In this document: positions 48,574 through 62,659 of the stretch, one piece after another
Numbering within the stretch: position 1 is the stretch's first letter
Layout of the letters: the number at the start of each line of letters is the position of its first letter
Source of the DNA: Octopus sinensis
Taxonomy: Eukaryota
Assembly (NCBI RefSeq): GCF_006345805.1
Contig: NC_043002.1
Coordinates: forward strand, 45,818,001 to 45,882,000
Reading direction: 5' to 3'
Length of the DNA: 64,000 nt
Notes under the pieces: generated by a model
What the model saw: only the letters and a program-made list of their open reading frames with translations
Told to the model about the DNA's origin: nothing
Database searches by the model: none
Program-made: the position numbers and the translations under genes

Positions 48574-50904
48574 CAGGCATACCTCACCCTACATCATTAA
48601 TTAGTTCCAGGAGACACGACTTAAGTTGTCTCTAGGCTAGGCTAGGCTAGGCCGAATTTACTTGTCTCTATGCTAAACCGATAATAACCATTCCCAGTTC
48701 TGTTCTTTATTTCATGAATGCATTTTCAATAATACAAGGTTAATAAAAACCTATTTTAAGCTTACAAATAAGTTTTATTTTTTAATTCAGTACAGTAAAA
48801 AAAAATGTAATCTAAATTTACAAACACAATTTGGTGGTGTTTACTGTCCATCGCAGACACTTTATTTATGAATGATGTTTGCAATAAGACATGGTAAAAT
48901 AAAAGCCTTTTTTAAGCTTAAAAAACAAATTCAGTAATTATTATTATTTTGCAATAGTAAAACAACTAAATTATTTTAAATTTACCGATATGTACATACA
49001 ATTTGGTGGTTTATGTTGCGGATGTAGATGGCTGTGGATCGTCAACATCATCAGCTGACTCTGGCTGTTCTTGTTATTTGATGCGCTTAAAAAACCAGTT
49101 GAGAGTTCCTTGAACTGTCTTCTTTTTCTTAAGGATTACATTATAAGGAGCAAAAGCTTTGTGACAAACCCCCATAATCTTGGAAAAACGTTGAGCATTT
49201 GGATCCATATCCTCAAACATAGAAAGACCTTTTTTGATATATGCAAATGCTTGGTGCATTTTCTTAATAGTAAGGTGATGTGGCTCAGGTTTGACTTCCT
49301 CTTCTTTATTTTGCTGCTCATGAAGCTCTATCAAATCCTCGTTTGCCATTTTTCAAATAAATCTGTGAAATCCTCCTCCTCCAAATCCATTTCTAGTTCT
49401 TTGCTCGTAGTCACCAACGTTTTGTTGATGGCAACATTATCAAACCCCTTAAAATCATTCATGAATTGTGAGCATAGCTTCTTCCATACCCCATTCATAG
49501 CCATGCTCTGTACATCATTCCATGCCACTGTTATGTTCTGTACAGCCTTGTAGCTATCGTATCTCTTCCAAAAGTCATGAAGTGTAATGGACTCATCAAG
49601 ATCAGTTGCAGCTATTGCTTGCTGCTGTGTATGCTTCATATAGTAACACTTGAAGAGAGCAATTATTCCCTTATCCATTGGCTGTAGAAGAGATGTGGTG
49701 CTCGGAGAGAGGTACATGACAGTAATGTTGGGGTCAAAATCTACGATGTTATGCAGGTGGCCAGGAGCATTATCTGAGATAAGTAAAACCTTAAAAGGAA
49801 TCTCCTTCTCCTTACAGCACTTCTCTGCTACTAGGATAAACTGATTGAAGAATCAATCTTCAAAAACAACAACAATAACCCATGCTTTTGAATTTGCCAT
49901 CCATATAACAGGGAGAGATGTCTTGGGTATGTTCTTCAGGGCACGGGGTTTGTGTGCTTGATACACAAGCAATGGTTTTAACATAAAATTTCCTGCCCAA
50001 TTACCTCTTCGTTCCTTAAATCTCATGAACCATCCTTGACTTGCTCTGAACTCTATATCTTTCTCATTTGGATATTTTTTCTTCAGGTCCTCAAACAAAG
50101 ACAACACTTTCTCTTGAATGATTTCTTGGCTAATAGTAGCACACTGACAATTCAACCTAACAATCCAAAGAGAAAGAAAACTTTCTATTTTGCCTCTTTT
50201 CTTATTGATGACAGTGTTCTTCATCCCTGGGGCTTCGGATTTAATATGTGCTAAAATCTTATCCTTATTATGTACAATCATCGATACAGTTGTCCAACTC
50301 AGTCCAAAAGATTGTGCAATTGCTACCACTTGTTCACCTTTTCATGGCATTTTATCATAGCCAGTTTATCTTCCAGCATTATAGCATGACGCTTAGCATT
50401 TTCATTATGAATTTTCTTAGGAGTTGGGGGGTGGGGGGTGGGGCAAAAAATAAAGTCACAAATGAATGAGAATGAGAAAGTAGCTGATAAACAGATGTAA
50501 ACAAATCTGAATTCAAAACAATTGCGAGAATCACGAGTGACAACGATGCCTAACGGTAAACATTGCAACTACAGTGCAATATAAGCTCTGAAAGACTGAT
50601 TAAATAAGACAACACAATTGATTTCATGATTTTGTTCACTAAGCTACACTACTTTATGGTGTGTATCTTAACATTTACTGTACGTTTTAATATGCTTACA
50701 TTCTTATTTGTTGTACAGTAACATAATTTTATGTGCTTCTAATGGTTTTCTAGTAATTTTATGATTTCAATATTTGTAGCAGACAGACATAAAGTCGAGT
50801 AAAATGACTTGACTTGATTTTTATTTTTCCATATATTATTTTTGAAATCCGACGTATAATCAAGAATGACTTAAATAGAAATGAATTAAGCCAAGGTATG
50901 CCTG
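48574..50904 (-). mobile_element. Tigger/pogo DNA transposon, frameshifted and internally deleted
   Basis: TIR ends CAGGCATACCT...AGGTATGCCTG with a TA target-site duplication (TSD). Fragments of CENP-B-like HTH, 'FRASQGWFMRFKER' and DDE_1 ('MLKPLLVY', 'DNAPGH', 'TTSLLQPMDKGII') are present. Confidence 0.9.
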
Positions 50905-51963
50905 TATATATAAAAGGGATTTTTTTTCAGTTATTGTCTACCAAATTCACTCACAATGCTTTGGTCGGCCTGGGGATACAGTAGAAGACACTTGTCTGAA
51001 GTAACATGCAGTGGGACTGAACCTGGAATCATGTGGTTGAAAAGCAAACTTCTTACCACACAGCCATGCCTGCACCTTATACTTATTAAGCTTATTAAAC
51101 TCATAACTCTGTATACATAACTATAAACAATTCTGTTAATATTCCCTGAAATATTTGGTACTTGCTTTCAACAGTTTTGTGAACTGAAGTGCACAAAATT
51201 GAATATACTAACCAAATAAACAGAGAAACACCTTCAATGGATTTGAATTCAAGATTGCTGATTGGATTACTATATACCGTATTACCACAATTTTTATTTT
51301 AATGTGTTTTTCACACTGGCATATACTACACTGATCTGCAATATAGTATATAAGTGCTCCTATTCTTCGTCTTCTCATCTGTGAAATCTCATATATTATC
51401 ATTAACACATTCATTTTAAATCCAATTTTCCAAACTGGAATAGAGTGGATAGCATTTTGTTTTGTAACTTTAGTATCTATTATACACAACAGCAAAGAAA
51501 ACCACTAATTTTTAGTCATGGGTAAATTGCAACCTACAGGACTTTCTGAATAACATGCCTAATGAAAAATTACCTTCAATTCTTTTAGGAATGTGACCCA
51601 CCTGATGATGAGTCATGTCTCATGCAGTCCACTTCTCGAAAAAGGTTGCCCATGTATGGTCTATGTCATGATATTTTGGGGTGTTTTCTATTTTCTTTCT
51701 GCTACATGCCTTGTCAACTTTTACAGCATGAACCAAGGGAATTTCATTAGGCCACAAGCACTTAGAGAATTTTTTTTACCAAGACTAATGAGTCCTTTCT
51801 TACATTTTAGTGATTTCACTTCTACCAACAAAGAGAGCATGGAAGGAGTTAGGTGTTCAGATTAAATCTGAGTTTAATATAGTTGATAAAGAATCCTACA
51901 TTTTTTTTCCACACACACACACAAAAATACATTTCTTTCCATGAGAAATCAACAATTACTCAC

Positions 51964-52070
51964 CCATTTTCTGAACTACTAACAACATAAGGAAATCCAT
52001 GTTGCTCATTACCGAATGATAAGCAAGAAATTGAAGCTGTGTGTCCAAACAGCATGTGTCGTGGATATAT
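51964..52070 (-). CDS. WDR7: WDR7 coding exon 2 (IYPRHMLFGHTASISCLSFGNEQHGFPYVVSSSEN-G)
   Basis: Boundaries tctctttacag| and |gtgagt. 107 nt, phase 0 to 2. Matches WDR7 'PRALLFGHTASITCL...YIVSASESG'. Confidence 0.93.
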
Positions 52071-54214
52071 CTGTAAAGAGAAATCATTGAAAAATATTGT
52101 TCTTGGTACTATTTCATTCACTATTTTTTTACACTCTCTTCACATATAGCCATGGTGGCATTATAAACAATTTGTCTTCATAAGAACATCATTAAGTCTA
52201 TTCATAACTTTCCTTTTGTCATTCACATACAGTAGGATAAAATCTTAGCAAGCTGATTACAAAACACAGTTTTTATTTTCAGTTATACCAATTTATGTTA
52301 CCTACATGGTTAAAACTTATTAATAAAGCATGGTTGTAAAGCAATCTCATTTTCCATCTTTAGAATAAAACAGAGACCTTGTGCCTATGTAAGGTGCAAA
52401 GTATGACTGTGTGATTAAGACGTTCATATTGTAGCCAGGAGACAATCTCACTTTGCAACACCTTGGGTAAGTATCTTCTGCCATAGCATTAAGTGGCTAA
52501 TAATTGGTATGTATATGTGTATATCTTCCATTAATGTCTGTCAGCAAAAGATGTGAACATTAATAAGAAAACTGAAAAACTGGTTGTTTTTAATGATAAT
52601 ACTCTGTACAATATTTGTTCCACTGAAGCTGCACAGATAGTCCCTTCTTAGCCATCAGAAATGCAGTGTGCCAACAACACTGTTGTTCACAAATGCATGA
52701 TATAAATACAAATAAAAAATTTCAAAAGTAACCTTTGTGCGCTGCAGAGAGCAGCCACTTACAGGACTATCTTAAGAGTATTGTAGGCTCCTAGGCAAAG
52801 CAATGCATTGAGGCCCCTGCATACAAAACTGCAGACTACATAGATTAACATTGGGCTCCCTAGACCTTAGGGCAACTGCCCAGTGTACCCATGTCTGAAG
52901 ACAGCATTGACCACATAGAGGCTCTCAACATTTGCTAATCCAGACAGGATGCAGTAAGCTATAGTGAAGGCAACTGATCCAGTTATTTCTAATAAGAAAT
53001 GAAATCAAAATACTACAAAAATACAAATCAAAATACTACAAAATATCTGTAAACATGAAAACATCATTCTTGAAGATGGTACCTAAACAAGCATACCTGA
53101 TTCGCTTTATTATAGTAATTGAAGCCAGGAAGCTTTCTGATATCTGATCTACTATGCCTTATGTTTTTATTGGCTTATTTCTGTTCTGACAACCAATCAC
53201 ATACAACACAGAGCGTATTCTTTTGCATAGCCTGCACCATACATTTTCTTCATATATCTCTGCCAATAGTAGGCTTACTTTTAGATATTTTTATGATGTT
53301 TAGTATATAAGAGATTATTGTAGATGAGGAGCTGCTCTATTGCAGGTAACATTTTCATACTTGTTTTCTCACATCTAAGTAAATTGATGTGCACAGAATT
53401 CATTGATTTGCCCAAATGCACAATACAATAGCTGCAATAAATTTGAACTTGAAATCCATGAATTAATAGTTTAATGTCATATCTCCTAATCTGTTTTATT
53501 TGATTTAATATTGCAAATAACAAGGTTTCCAAGTGCCAAACTCTGGTATACTGCATTTCTAATGATGCAAACTTCACAAAAAACTTTGCTTGGAAAGCAC
53601 TAGTTTTTCATTTTACTGACCATTGTTTACATCGTTCACCAATATATATCAGCAAAGAACACACATGCACATATATATATATATGACACCCCATCTCTGC
53701 CTATGATGTTCCTCTTGCACACTTGTAAAATTACCTCCTCTTCTCCTTACCCTTTTGATCCACTATCAGTATCTTCTCTTATGCTCACCATCTTATATTT
53801 TGAGAGTTTGCTCTGGTACACCATCACTACTATCTTTACCTTCCCCCCAGCTACCCCCACCCACTCTTATATAAAGTGGAGTAGCCATGTATATCCTCTA
53901 TGGTAAGAAACTATTGCTTGTCCTTCTACCATACTTTAGCCGCCCCTCCCCCCAGCAGCTAGTTTGGGGTCAAATATCCATCTCAAATATTCCCAGCACT
54001 TAAGGGCTTTTTCCCCTTTTCTTTTCCTGTCTTGCAAGTTACTTGGTGACCTCACCAGTGTGGTACACATTGTAAAGCAGTTGGTGATAGGAAGGGCATG
54101 GTATCCAGCCACAGAAACCACACCAAAGCTGACAATGGATGTCAATGCAATTTTGCGACTCAATGGATTGTATCAAGCCAGCCATTCTATACCAGCATTA
54201 AAAATGTATGTTAA

Positions 54215-54246
<32 letters not shown>

Positions 54247-55032
54247 ATAAACCTCTCTTCTCCATGTCATCAGTGTTCTGCAAAGGGAAGGTATTTCTTA
54301 AAGATCAATAAAGCTTGACCCCATGTCATCAGAGGCATTGCTGTCAAAATGCAGAGAGCCAGTACACATACTACAAGATAGGTATTTCATCCAAGACCCT
54401 AACAGTACTACTAAGCTACTGAACTGGATGGGTATTCACATTTCTTCTAGTGACCCACAAAAGAAGAAAAGCAAAGTTGATCTTGGTGGGATTGGAACTC
54501 AGAGAATAGAAAGTTGGAACAAATACCACAAATCTAATGTTCTAGGAAGGAAGGGCTGAGAATTGCAGTTGGTTCAGGGCCTGGTGGAGAGACACAAGTG
54601 TGACAAAAGGTGGTGGGATGAATGAGTCAGGAGTGCCTAAGTGGAGGAAGTACAAGACTAACCATCTAATGCACAGTCAATTCTACCAATTCACTAGTTT
54701 TCAGAAACAAATAACTGTAAAAGACTCTTTAAAATGTGCTTCCAGACAACCATAATGAAAATTCATTCTTGGTCAATAAATACAACTAAGATATTTCAGG
54801 AATTGCTTGACTATACTTAATACAAATATGCCCTCCACCAGCCTCTCATTTGTGCACTGGGGTTGATGTAATTGACTTTAACCCCACCCTGAACTTGCTG
54901 GTCTTGTGCCAAAATTTTTAACTGTTTATGTATAAAAGACTTAAAAATGACAACTAATTATTTTATTAATATAAAAGTCACATGGAAAAACCCAAATGAA
55001 ATGGGGGAAAAAATGAACAAAAAAAACCTTAC

Positions 55033-55194
55033 CTGCCATAAGCGAGTGACCTCCCATATGACTATTTGACCATCGTTACAACCAGTAACAATACTGTCTA
55101 ATTGTGAGTTCATGGTAATCGCTGAAATACAGTGTGTGGGGGCATGGTGCCCCCACAGCACAACTGGTACAACTAAATTCCCTGTAGTTCCCAT
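55033..55194 (-). CDS. WDR7: WDR7 / Rabconnectin-3 beta, first coding exon (MGTTGNLVVPVVLWGHHAPTHCISAITMNSQLDSIVTGCNDGQIVIWEVTRLWQ)
   Basis: The peptide matches the recalled WDR7 N-terminus (vertebrate LVLPIVLWGRKAPTHCIS...IVTGCHDGQICLW). Acceptor ttctattttcag lies just before 55204, and the donor is CAG|gtaagg at 55033. 162 nt, ends in phase 0. Confidence 0.93.
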
Positions 55195-55261
55195 CACAAA
55201 GCATCTGAAAATAGAATGGAAGATAATAAATGTCACTTTTTTAATAATCAAGGGAAAAAAA

Positions 55262-55610
55262 ACAGCAATATTGTTTTATTTCAGGATGATCATTTTTCTT
55301 TTCCTTGTCAAATAAACACAGGCACTATATATTCTGTCTCAGAATGGACTAAACAGAACAGGAGGTACCACATGAACGGAAGAGTCGCTGAAGAGGTTAC
55401 AGATGTGTAACAAAAGATTTCCAGACATTTGACGTATGATAAAATAAGAACAATAATAAACAGGTGAAGAACAAATATATAGTGCATGTGTTTATTTAGC
55501 AAGGATAAAAAAGTGATCATCTTGAAATATAACAATACCTGTTCCAACACATGATTTCACATCAGGAATCTTGCAAAACAAATTCATAAACGTAAAACAG
55601 CAATAATTAT
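55262..55610. repeat. Fold-back repeat, second copy of the 26.8-27.15 kb family, just upstream of the first WDR7 coding exon
   Basis: Inverted arms at ~55262-55334 and ~55467-55545. It shares blocks with 26790-27155, such as gagtcgctgaagagg and gcaagattcctgatgtgaaatc in reverse. Confidence 0.75.
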
Positions 55611-55814
55611 ATTATAATACTAAATGAGAATAAAGTCAAAGTTATACCTAAGAAACATCAACACATAGGCTGTGTGGTAAGAAGCTTGCTTCTCAACCAC
55701 ATGGTTCTGGATTCAGTCCACTGTATGCCACCATAGGCAAGTGTCTTCTACTATAGCCCAGGGCTGACCAAAGCCTTGTACATGGATTTGGTAGCTGGAA
55801 ACTAAACTGAAAGA

Positions 55815-55852
<38 letters not shown>

Positions 55853-58800
55853 GTGTGTGTGTGTGAATGGTTAGCATTTGGAAGAGCATCCAGCTGTAAA
55901 AACCAGGTACTCAGTCCACTCAGCTTGTCGCGCATGTGTGTATGTGTGTGTCTATGAGTGTGGGTCTTTGTGTTTGTACTCCATCACCACTTGACAAGTG
56001 TTGATTTGTTTACATTCCTATAACTTATCAGTTCAGCAGAGGAGACAAATAGAATAAGTACTTGACTTAAAAAAATAAGCACTGAGGTTGATATGTTTCA
56101 GCAAAACCCTACAAGGTGGTGTCCCAGCATGACTGCAGTACAATGATTGAATCAAGTAAAATGGAAAAGATGCTGTGCAGTGGGACTGAACTCAAAACCA
56201 TGTGGCTGCAAAGCAAGCTTCTTAACCACATAGCCATACTTGTATCAACTACTGTCACATCTCAAGATACAAAATTATACTTCATAATTAACAACTCTGT
56301 TCTCAAGTGATTGATGTTGTTTAGTCACTAGTTAGCCCTGATTGAGCAAACAAGTAATCAAAGGTGTTCCTGCCAGGATCATCCCACCTTACTTTAGGAC
56401 AATATATTTGCATGTATAATTATCAAATGTGCCATTTTTCTTTTTTAAAGACAGCAATGTAATTTGAAGATTTGATTACTATTTCTGAAATATTGAAGAA
56501 CCACATAGAAGACACCTCATTGTTTTCATCAATGACTATATAAAGCTTCCAAGAAACATAGCAAGACCCTTATCTATTCTTGAAGTAAAATCTCTTACTC
56601 CCCATGTTCTTGAAGCTGCAAAGATTTGCTAATAAGTGAAAATGATAACAATGTCACCACTTGCAGCTCAGTGGTTTTTAGAGAAGCATAAATGTGAACA
56701 AGCACACAGACAAATATGTGCATACGTACATATATACATACATAGACATGGCTGAGTGGTTAAGAAGACCACCTCCCAACTGCATAGCTTTGGGTTCAGT
56801 CCTGCTATGTGACACCTTAAGTAAATGTCATCTGCTGTAGGCTTGGGCTGATCAAAACCATGGAACTGAAAGAAGCCCATTACTTAAGTGTGTGTGTGTG
56901 TGTGTGTATTTGTATCTCCTTATCTTGACAATGTGTGATAGTTGTAAACAAGTGTCACTGTCATACAAGCAGTGTCCTTCATTTCCAATCTTTCTTAAAA
57001 ACATGTCAGGCCATTACCTTGCTTGGAAACAGGTTAGGTGGCCAGAAGTGCATCTAACCATGGAAAATTTGTCTAAATAAATTCCATTTGCTTCAAGTAA
57101 GCATGGAAAAGCCAATGTCAAAACAATGGCAATACACTCACACACACATGCAGAGACATATGCAGAGGCCTTCTGTTCTTGGCTCATAGCAAACTTTCAT
57201 GTTGTCATCAATCCCAGATAAGTCATAATAAAAATTAAAAAACTGTGATGAAAGGTGTTCAAGTTATGACAATCTCGTGGTTTGTATATGATGAACTATA
57301 TTGTTTGATATGACCTGTATTAAATTATGAATGTAATTTGTGAGAGTCTTGGTTGCTACTTCCAGTGGGTTGAGTGACAACGAAATTGTTGTGTGCATTT
57401 ATCTAACCCAGATATATCTGATGGTAAAAGTCAGATGGTGCTATAAAGAATGTTTGTAAAAATCTGTCTGTTCTATTATCTATGTAAATACATAGATTTC
57501 AAACAAACCTAAAACGTAAAAGAAAAGTGTATAAAATTGTATTATTAAAACAATACATCTATTATACTTTGAATTAGTTTTTATCTCTACCTATTTAACA
57601 TATTTCATTTGGTATACATTATCAAAATGTTCTCATTATAAAAGTAAGCATATGCAAGGGTGAATCAGAAAGTGATGTAATTTTTATTTGTATTACTTTT
57701 TGACCAACCCTTTGATATAAAAGGGTGTAATAAAACTTAATGCAAATAAAAATTGCACTACTTTTTAACTTGCCCTTGTATTAATGTAAATTGTAACTCA
57801 GTTGAAAAAGCGCAGTTGAGAGACCATTACACCAAAGCCCTGATGATCCCTGGTACAGTCTCAGTTTCAAGTAGGTTGATGGAGTTCTATTTTGTTCTTG
57901 AAAATATTACTAACAGAAATTTCTACAATCTGATTCAGTTAAGGAGAGTGATAGAAAGGGAGATTTCAGTCACAACTATACATAGTCATCATTATTTACA
58001 AGATTTCAAAGTACAATACCTCCTAACCAGCATAGTATGATGAGCTGCTCCACAAATAGTGCAGATGACCTCTTTTTTTTTGAAGAAGAAGAAAAGTAGT
58101 CTTACTCTTCTATTAGGATTCCATTCCAAACTTTGTGAATAGAATTCACCCAGACATGAATTAAATTGACCCCAGGATTTAAAAAGACAGTGAGAATGTT
58201 CCGCACTACTTTTTCACTATATATTACATTGACTTATATACCAGATAATATATTACTCAGCGATTTTTGCCAATCCACTCACTACTTCTGAGTAATCATG
58301 CTTTGGTTAGTCTGTAATATGCAGAAGCCATATTTCATGACAATAAAGCAGTACTGGTCATGTTGTATATTCTACCGTTGACTAATCAGTTGAAACCTTG
58401 TTACCATTCAAATGGTTCAAATACGAAAAGCAACAGTGCAATCATGTCAAAGTCACTTTAAAAGTTCTTTTTTCTTTTTCTTTAACAAAATAACTCATAA
58501 AGAACGGATTAGTCTAAATATGAAAAAAAATTAAATTAATAAATGGCTAACTATGAAATTAGAGAGTATATGATTATCTTGTAATTAAAACAGAACTACA
58601 ATCTTCAACAAATCTTATATATATATATATATTATATATATTGTATCCTAGTAATATAGAAAAGACATTCACACTGCTTATTAAAACTTAATGAATTAAA
58701 GAAACAGCTATTTCTTTTTGTATTATAAAGCTATGACATAAGTTGTTAGATAAAAATTATTCAGTAAAGAGTAAAAATTTGAATAAATTTACATGGCATG

Positions 58801-59026
58801 GGAAAACAAGGTGTTTAGCAAAGTACTTTGGCATACAATGTTTTTAGCAATACCATTCGTGATCATGATTTAACATCCACTTTTCAAGCTTGTATGGGCC
58901 AGACAGATTTGTTGAGAAAGATTTTCTACTATTGAATGCTTTTCCTGTCACCAACCCTCACAGCTGCTAAATGATGTACTATATCCAGTTCTAATATCAT
59001 ATATACAACAAATGCACATTCATTAA

Positions 59027-59246
59027 TCCTTTAGCATTTAATCTGGTCATATCTGGCCCAAATACTCTACCTGCTTTCTGTTCAAACTGGCCAGATCCTG
59101 CCTCTTACACCTACCCTACAATGTCATTTCGAAAATTTACAATCACATCATCAAAATCTCAACATTACAAGATAATAAATGATTACTTGAAAACAATGTG
59201 AATGAATAAACATTATATTTGACAGAGTAATGTGAATGCCAAAGGG
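59027..59246. mobile_element. piggyBac-like MITE, 220 bp
   Basis: TTAA flanks and termini tcctttagcatt / aatgccaaaggg. A second copy of the same length is at 60467-60686. Confidence 0.78.
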
Positions 59247-59529
59247 TTAACTTTCTACTAAACCATCTAATTCCTGCTGTGAAATAGAGTAGACTGTCTG
59301 GTCATGGCTATCTAGTAATATATTAATAGGCAAAAAGAAAAGAAAATCTGCCTCAGCTATGCTGCAATGATAAATAAATAGATGGAAAACAATAAAAAGT
59401 GAAAGAAATATATGATTTTGAGTTTTTCTTTTGCTACCACAAAATTAATTTGATGATGGGAAGGCATCCAATTGTAAAATGTCCATCAAAACTTTATGCA
59501 GAATTAAGATGCATTACTAAAACTGTATT

Positions 59530-59759
59530 TATTTCTTTATTGCCCACAAGGGGCTAAACATAGAGGGGACAAACAAGGACAGACAAAGGGATTAAGTCAA
59601 TTACATCGACCCCATTGCTTAACTGGTACTTATTTAATCGACCCCGAAAGGATGAAAGGCAAAGTTGACCTCGGCGGAATTTGAACTCAGAATGTAATGG
59701 CAGACAAAATACCGCTAAGCATTTGCTCAACGTGCAAACACTTCTGCCAGTTTGCTGCC
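59530..59759 (-). mobile_element. Near full-length Meta-domain SINE with TSD
   Basis: Same core, flanked by the direct repeat taaaactgtatt. Confidence 0.88.
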
Positions 59760-59859
59760 TAAAACTGTATTATTAACTCATCCAATTCATGCTCATGATA
59801 ATGGCAAGAAGCATGTTGGGTTCTGGCAAAGTAAAGACTTTGTATGATAACACTATATA

Positions 59860-60039
59860 CCAAGGGTGCTGAAAAGTTCCTGGTTTTAAGGGTATCGCGA
59901 AAGGCTTGGTTGGAGGCCCAACCTCCCGAGTCCTTTTACAGGGCTTAGAAAAGCTGAGAGAGGAATATATTGAATAAAATCATAACTGATCCTCCTGTAT
60001 TTTCTTTAACCCAAAGCCAAGAATTTTTCAGTACATTTG
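59860..60039. mobile_element. Mariner-type MITE
   Basis: Imperfect TIRs (gtgctgaaaagttcctggtttt / aaagccaagaatttttcagtac) with TA flanks. Confidence 0.6.
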
Positions 60040-60129
60040 TATATATAAATGTGTGTTTTTTTGAAAGCATATTATAAGCCCATTCAACCAAGCATGAAAA
60101 ATTATTGGGTTTTTTTTTTTTGGTAGCGA

Positions 60130-60400
60130 GGAGGAAGTTATCTGCTAGGTCTGGAGGAAGAGGTATTGGCTATGATCTTTGCAGGCTCTCCTGAGAGATT
60201 GATACCATTACTATTTCTCTTCAACTTTTGTAAGTCAACACCTGTCAGAGAGATATGAATAAAGAATGAATTCCAGAGGGCCAATGTTCTAAGAAGGAAG
60301 GACTTGGTAGGTGTATTGACTAATGTGGGGCCTGGGGAATTGGACACACTAAGCATAATGGAGAGATATATGGGGCAGATGGTATAATAGATTACATAAT
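60130..60400 (-). pseudogene. 3' end fragment of a CR1/Jockey-group LINE ORF2
   Basis: 'SFLLRTLALWNSF...DLQKLKRNSN' resembles the SFFPRT..LWNSLP..DL..FK C-terminal motif. Confidence 0.6.
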
Positions 60401-60466
60401 TTTAAAACAATGAGGGAGACTGTAGATGGTCACTGAATCCGCTAGAAACAGCCAAAACTCCCTTGA

Positions 60467-60686
60467 CTCTTCAGTATTTAAATTGGCCATATCAGGCCCA
60501 AATATTCTACATGTTTTATCTTCAAACCAGTAAGATCCAACCTATTACACCTAACCTACAATGTCATTCTAAAAATTAATAATCACATCAATGAGATCTC
60601 AAAGCTACAAGATAATGCAGGATCAATTCAAAACAATGTGAATAAATAATCATTACATTCGACAGAGTAATTCAAATGCTAAAGGG
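60467..60686. mobile_element. piggyBac-like MITE, second copy of the 59027 family
   Basis: Colinear similarity to 59027-59246, ending AAAGGG|TTAA. Confidence 0.75.
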
Positions 60687-62036
60687 TTAAATCACAATCA
60701 TCTCTAAAAAATATGAAAGAACTCAGTAGATAATATAGTAAAATGAAAAGATTGCCATGTCTGGAATGCCTTTGACCATAGGTCTCTTTTCATTTGTTGT
60801 TGAACTATGACTAACCAACAACAGACTTAGAATTAAGCTGATTATCACATGGTTCTGTTTTGTAAAAAATATGCATGTAACTTGAATAAATTACTACAGA
60901 GATTAGTTAATCAATTTAATATTTAATGCTATTCTAGTATTTATTCCTGGTTGATACTTTATGATGATTATCAAAAAGATCCTAATTTGAAATAGGATTA
61001 TCTTTCTTTTACAGAAAATCTCTTTGACTTAACATTTTGCACATGGCATTGTTATATAACCTCAGTCCAGCTCTATAAACAAGGCCATTCCAATCATGAC
61101 CATCCCATTGTTTCTTTTTTAAGGCATTGTGTACACCTTGAACAACAATATTTAACATGTCCATTTTTTTATTTTTGGACACTAAGCTGTTACTTCTAGC
61201 AGGCCATAGAGATTCCTTCATTGGTTGTTGTCTATTATTATTTATGATAGATTCTCTTAATATCTGCTTAGAGAGTTCACTTATCTAACTAGTCTAGTAT
61301 TTCTGGAAGGATGTGTTTAATAATTGGATCACTGTCTAGAAGTCGTGTGACTTGACTCTAAAAATCACTCCGCAATCTATGTAGATAATCAGCTGAAAAA
61401 TTAGTGTATACTAACTTTATCAACAAACCTAACATACATATATACTATCTAAATAAAAGTCAACTGACCTACAGTGACTTGACCTAATCCACATTGATAC
61501 AAGTATCTGTTTGATAGTTGTCACACAGCAGATATTCATTCAACAGGTTTAATTAAGTGGCTTTTAACATATTTTAACTGTTCTGATACAATGACATAAA
61601 AGTGAAACAAAATTTATCTGATCATCACTTTGTTTCTCTGTCCCTTTTCTTTCTCTCATCTTTCCATTACCCATCTCTCTACCAAACATTCTTTCATTTC
61701 TCTTCTGCTCATCTCTTTATCACCTGTCTGTCTATCACTCACATCTCTACCACCTATCTTTCTAGCTTCCACCTATTCCCCAGTTCTCTATCCCTCACCC
61801 TCTCTTCTATGCACTACATACCATGCTGCATTGTATCATCCACTATTACTGTTAGTGCCAAAGTGGCTTCCATAGGGAGTACATGTCCTCCATCTCCCAC
61901 AAGACTCATCCTACAGAGGCTTTACTCTCATTAAACGCAGCAGTTGTGGGCTGGAAGAGGCCAGAAGTGACAGAATTAACAGACATTGGATTGGTTTGAT
62001 CCTCCCCTCGTTTTGACATGCACTTACTCTCTAGGC

Positions 62037-62261
62037 CAGGGGTGGGCAAACTACGGCCCGCGGGCTGCATGCGGCCCGCCATAGGTTTTCATGCGGCCCG
62101 CCGAGAGGAATATTTCACAAAATTTCCTTTCAATCAATTGTGTGTTTATAGGTCTATAACCGCCTTTAAAAATATTTTCACTTGATTTTTATAAATGAGG
62201 CCCGCCAAGGTTCCAAAGACGCACTGTGCAGCCCGCGATCAAAAAAGTTTGCCCACCCCTG
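62037..62261. mobile_element. hAT-Charlie-type MITE, 225 bp, young
   Basis: TIR CAGGGGTGGGCAAACT / AGTTTGCCCACCCCTG, a perfect 8-bp TSD CTCTAGGC, and CpG-rich GGCCCGC subterminal motifs. Confidence 0.92.
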
Positions 62262-62659
62262 CTCTAGGCCATCCACCTCTGTTACAATGGATGGTACTGG
62301 GCCTACATGTACTCAAGGAACCCTTCAGGGGGCCTTGGTACAAATATGTCTAGTGCTTTTATTGAATAGCCTCCTACACTCAACTATCGCTGTCTATACA
62401 AAGAGTCAATATTCCCTGTCTTGTCTTCTTGTGTAAATGAAAATCTTTCAAAGAGTGCAAATCTAGAGAAGCTAACTCTCTCTCTCTTATTTCTGTCACT
62501 ATCATCAAACACTTGTCCCTTTCACCCACATCCTAGTTTCCTCCATAGTCATTTTATCCATTAGTCACCCTCTTATTCAAGTTGCATTGATTGAATGGAC
62601 ATAGCATAAAATAGCAAAGTCACCATTAGTCTTACAGGACAAAAGACAATAGTATTGCT

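Noticed and set aside
62037-62261. CpG-rich patch as the WDR7 promoter
   Set aside because: It is fully explained by a hAT MITE with TIRs and a TSD.
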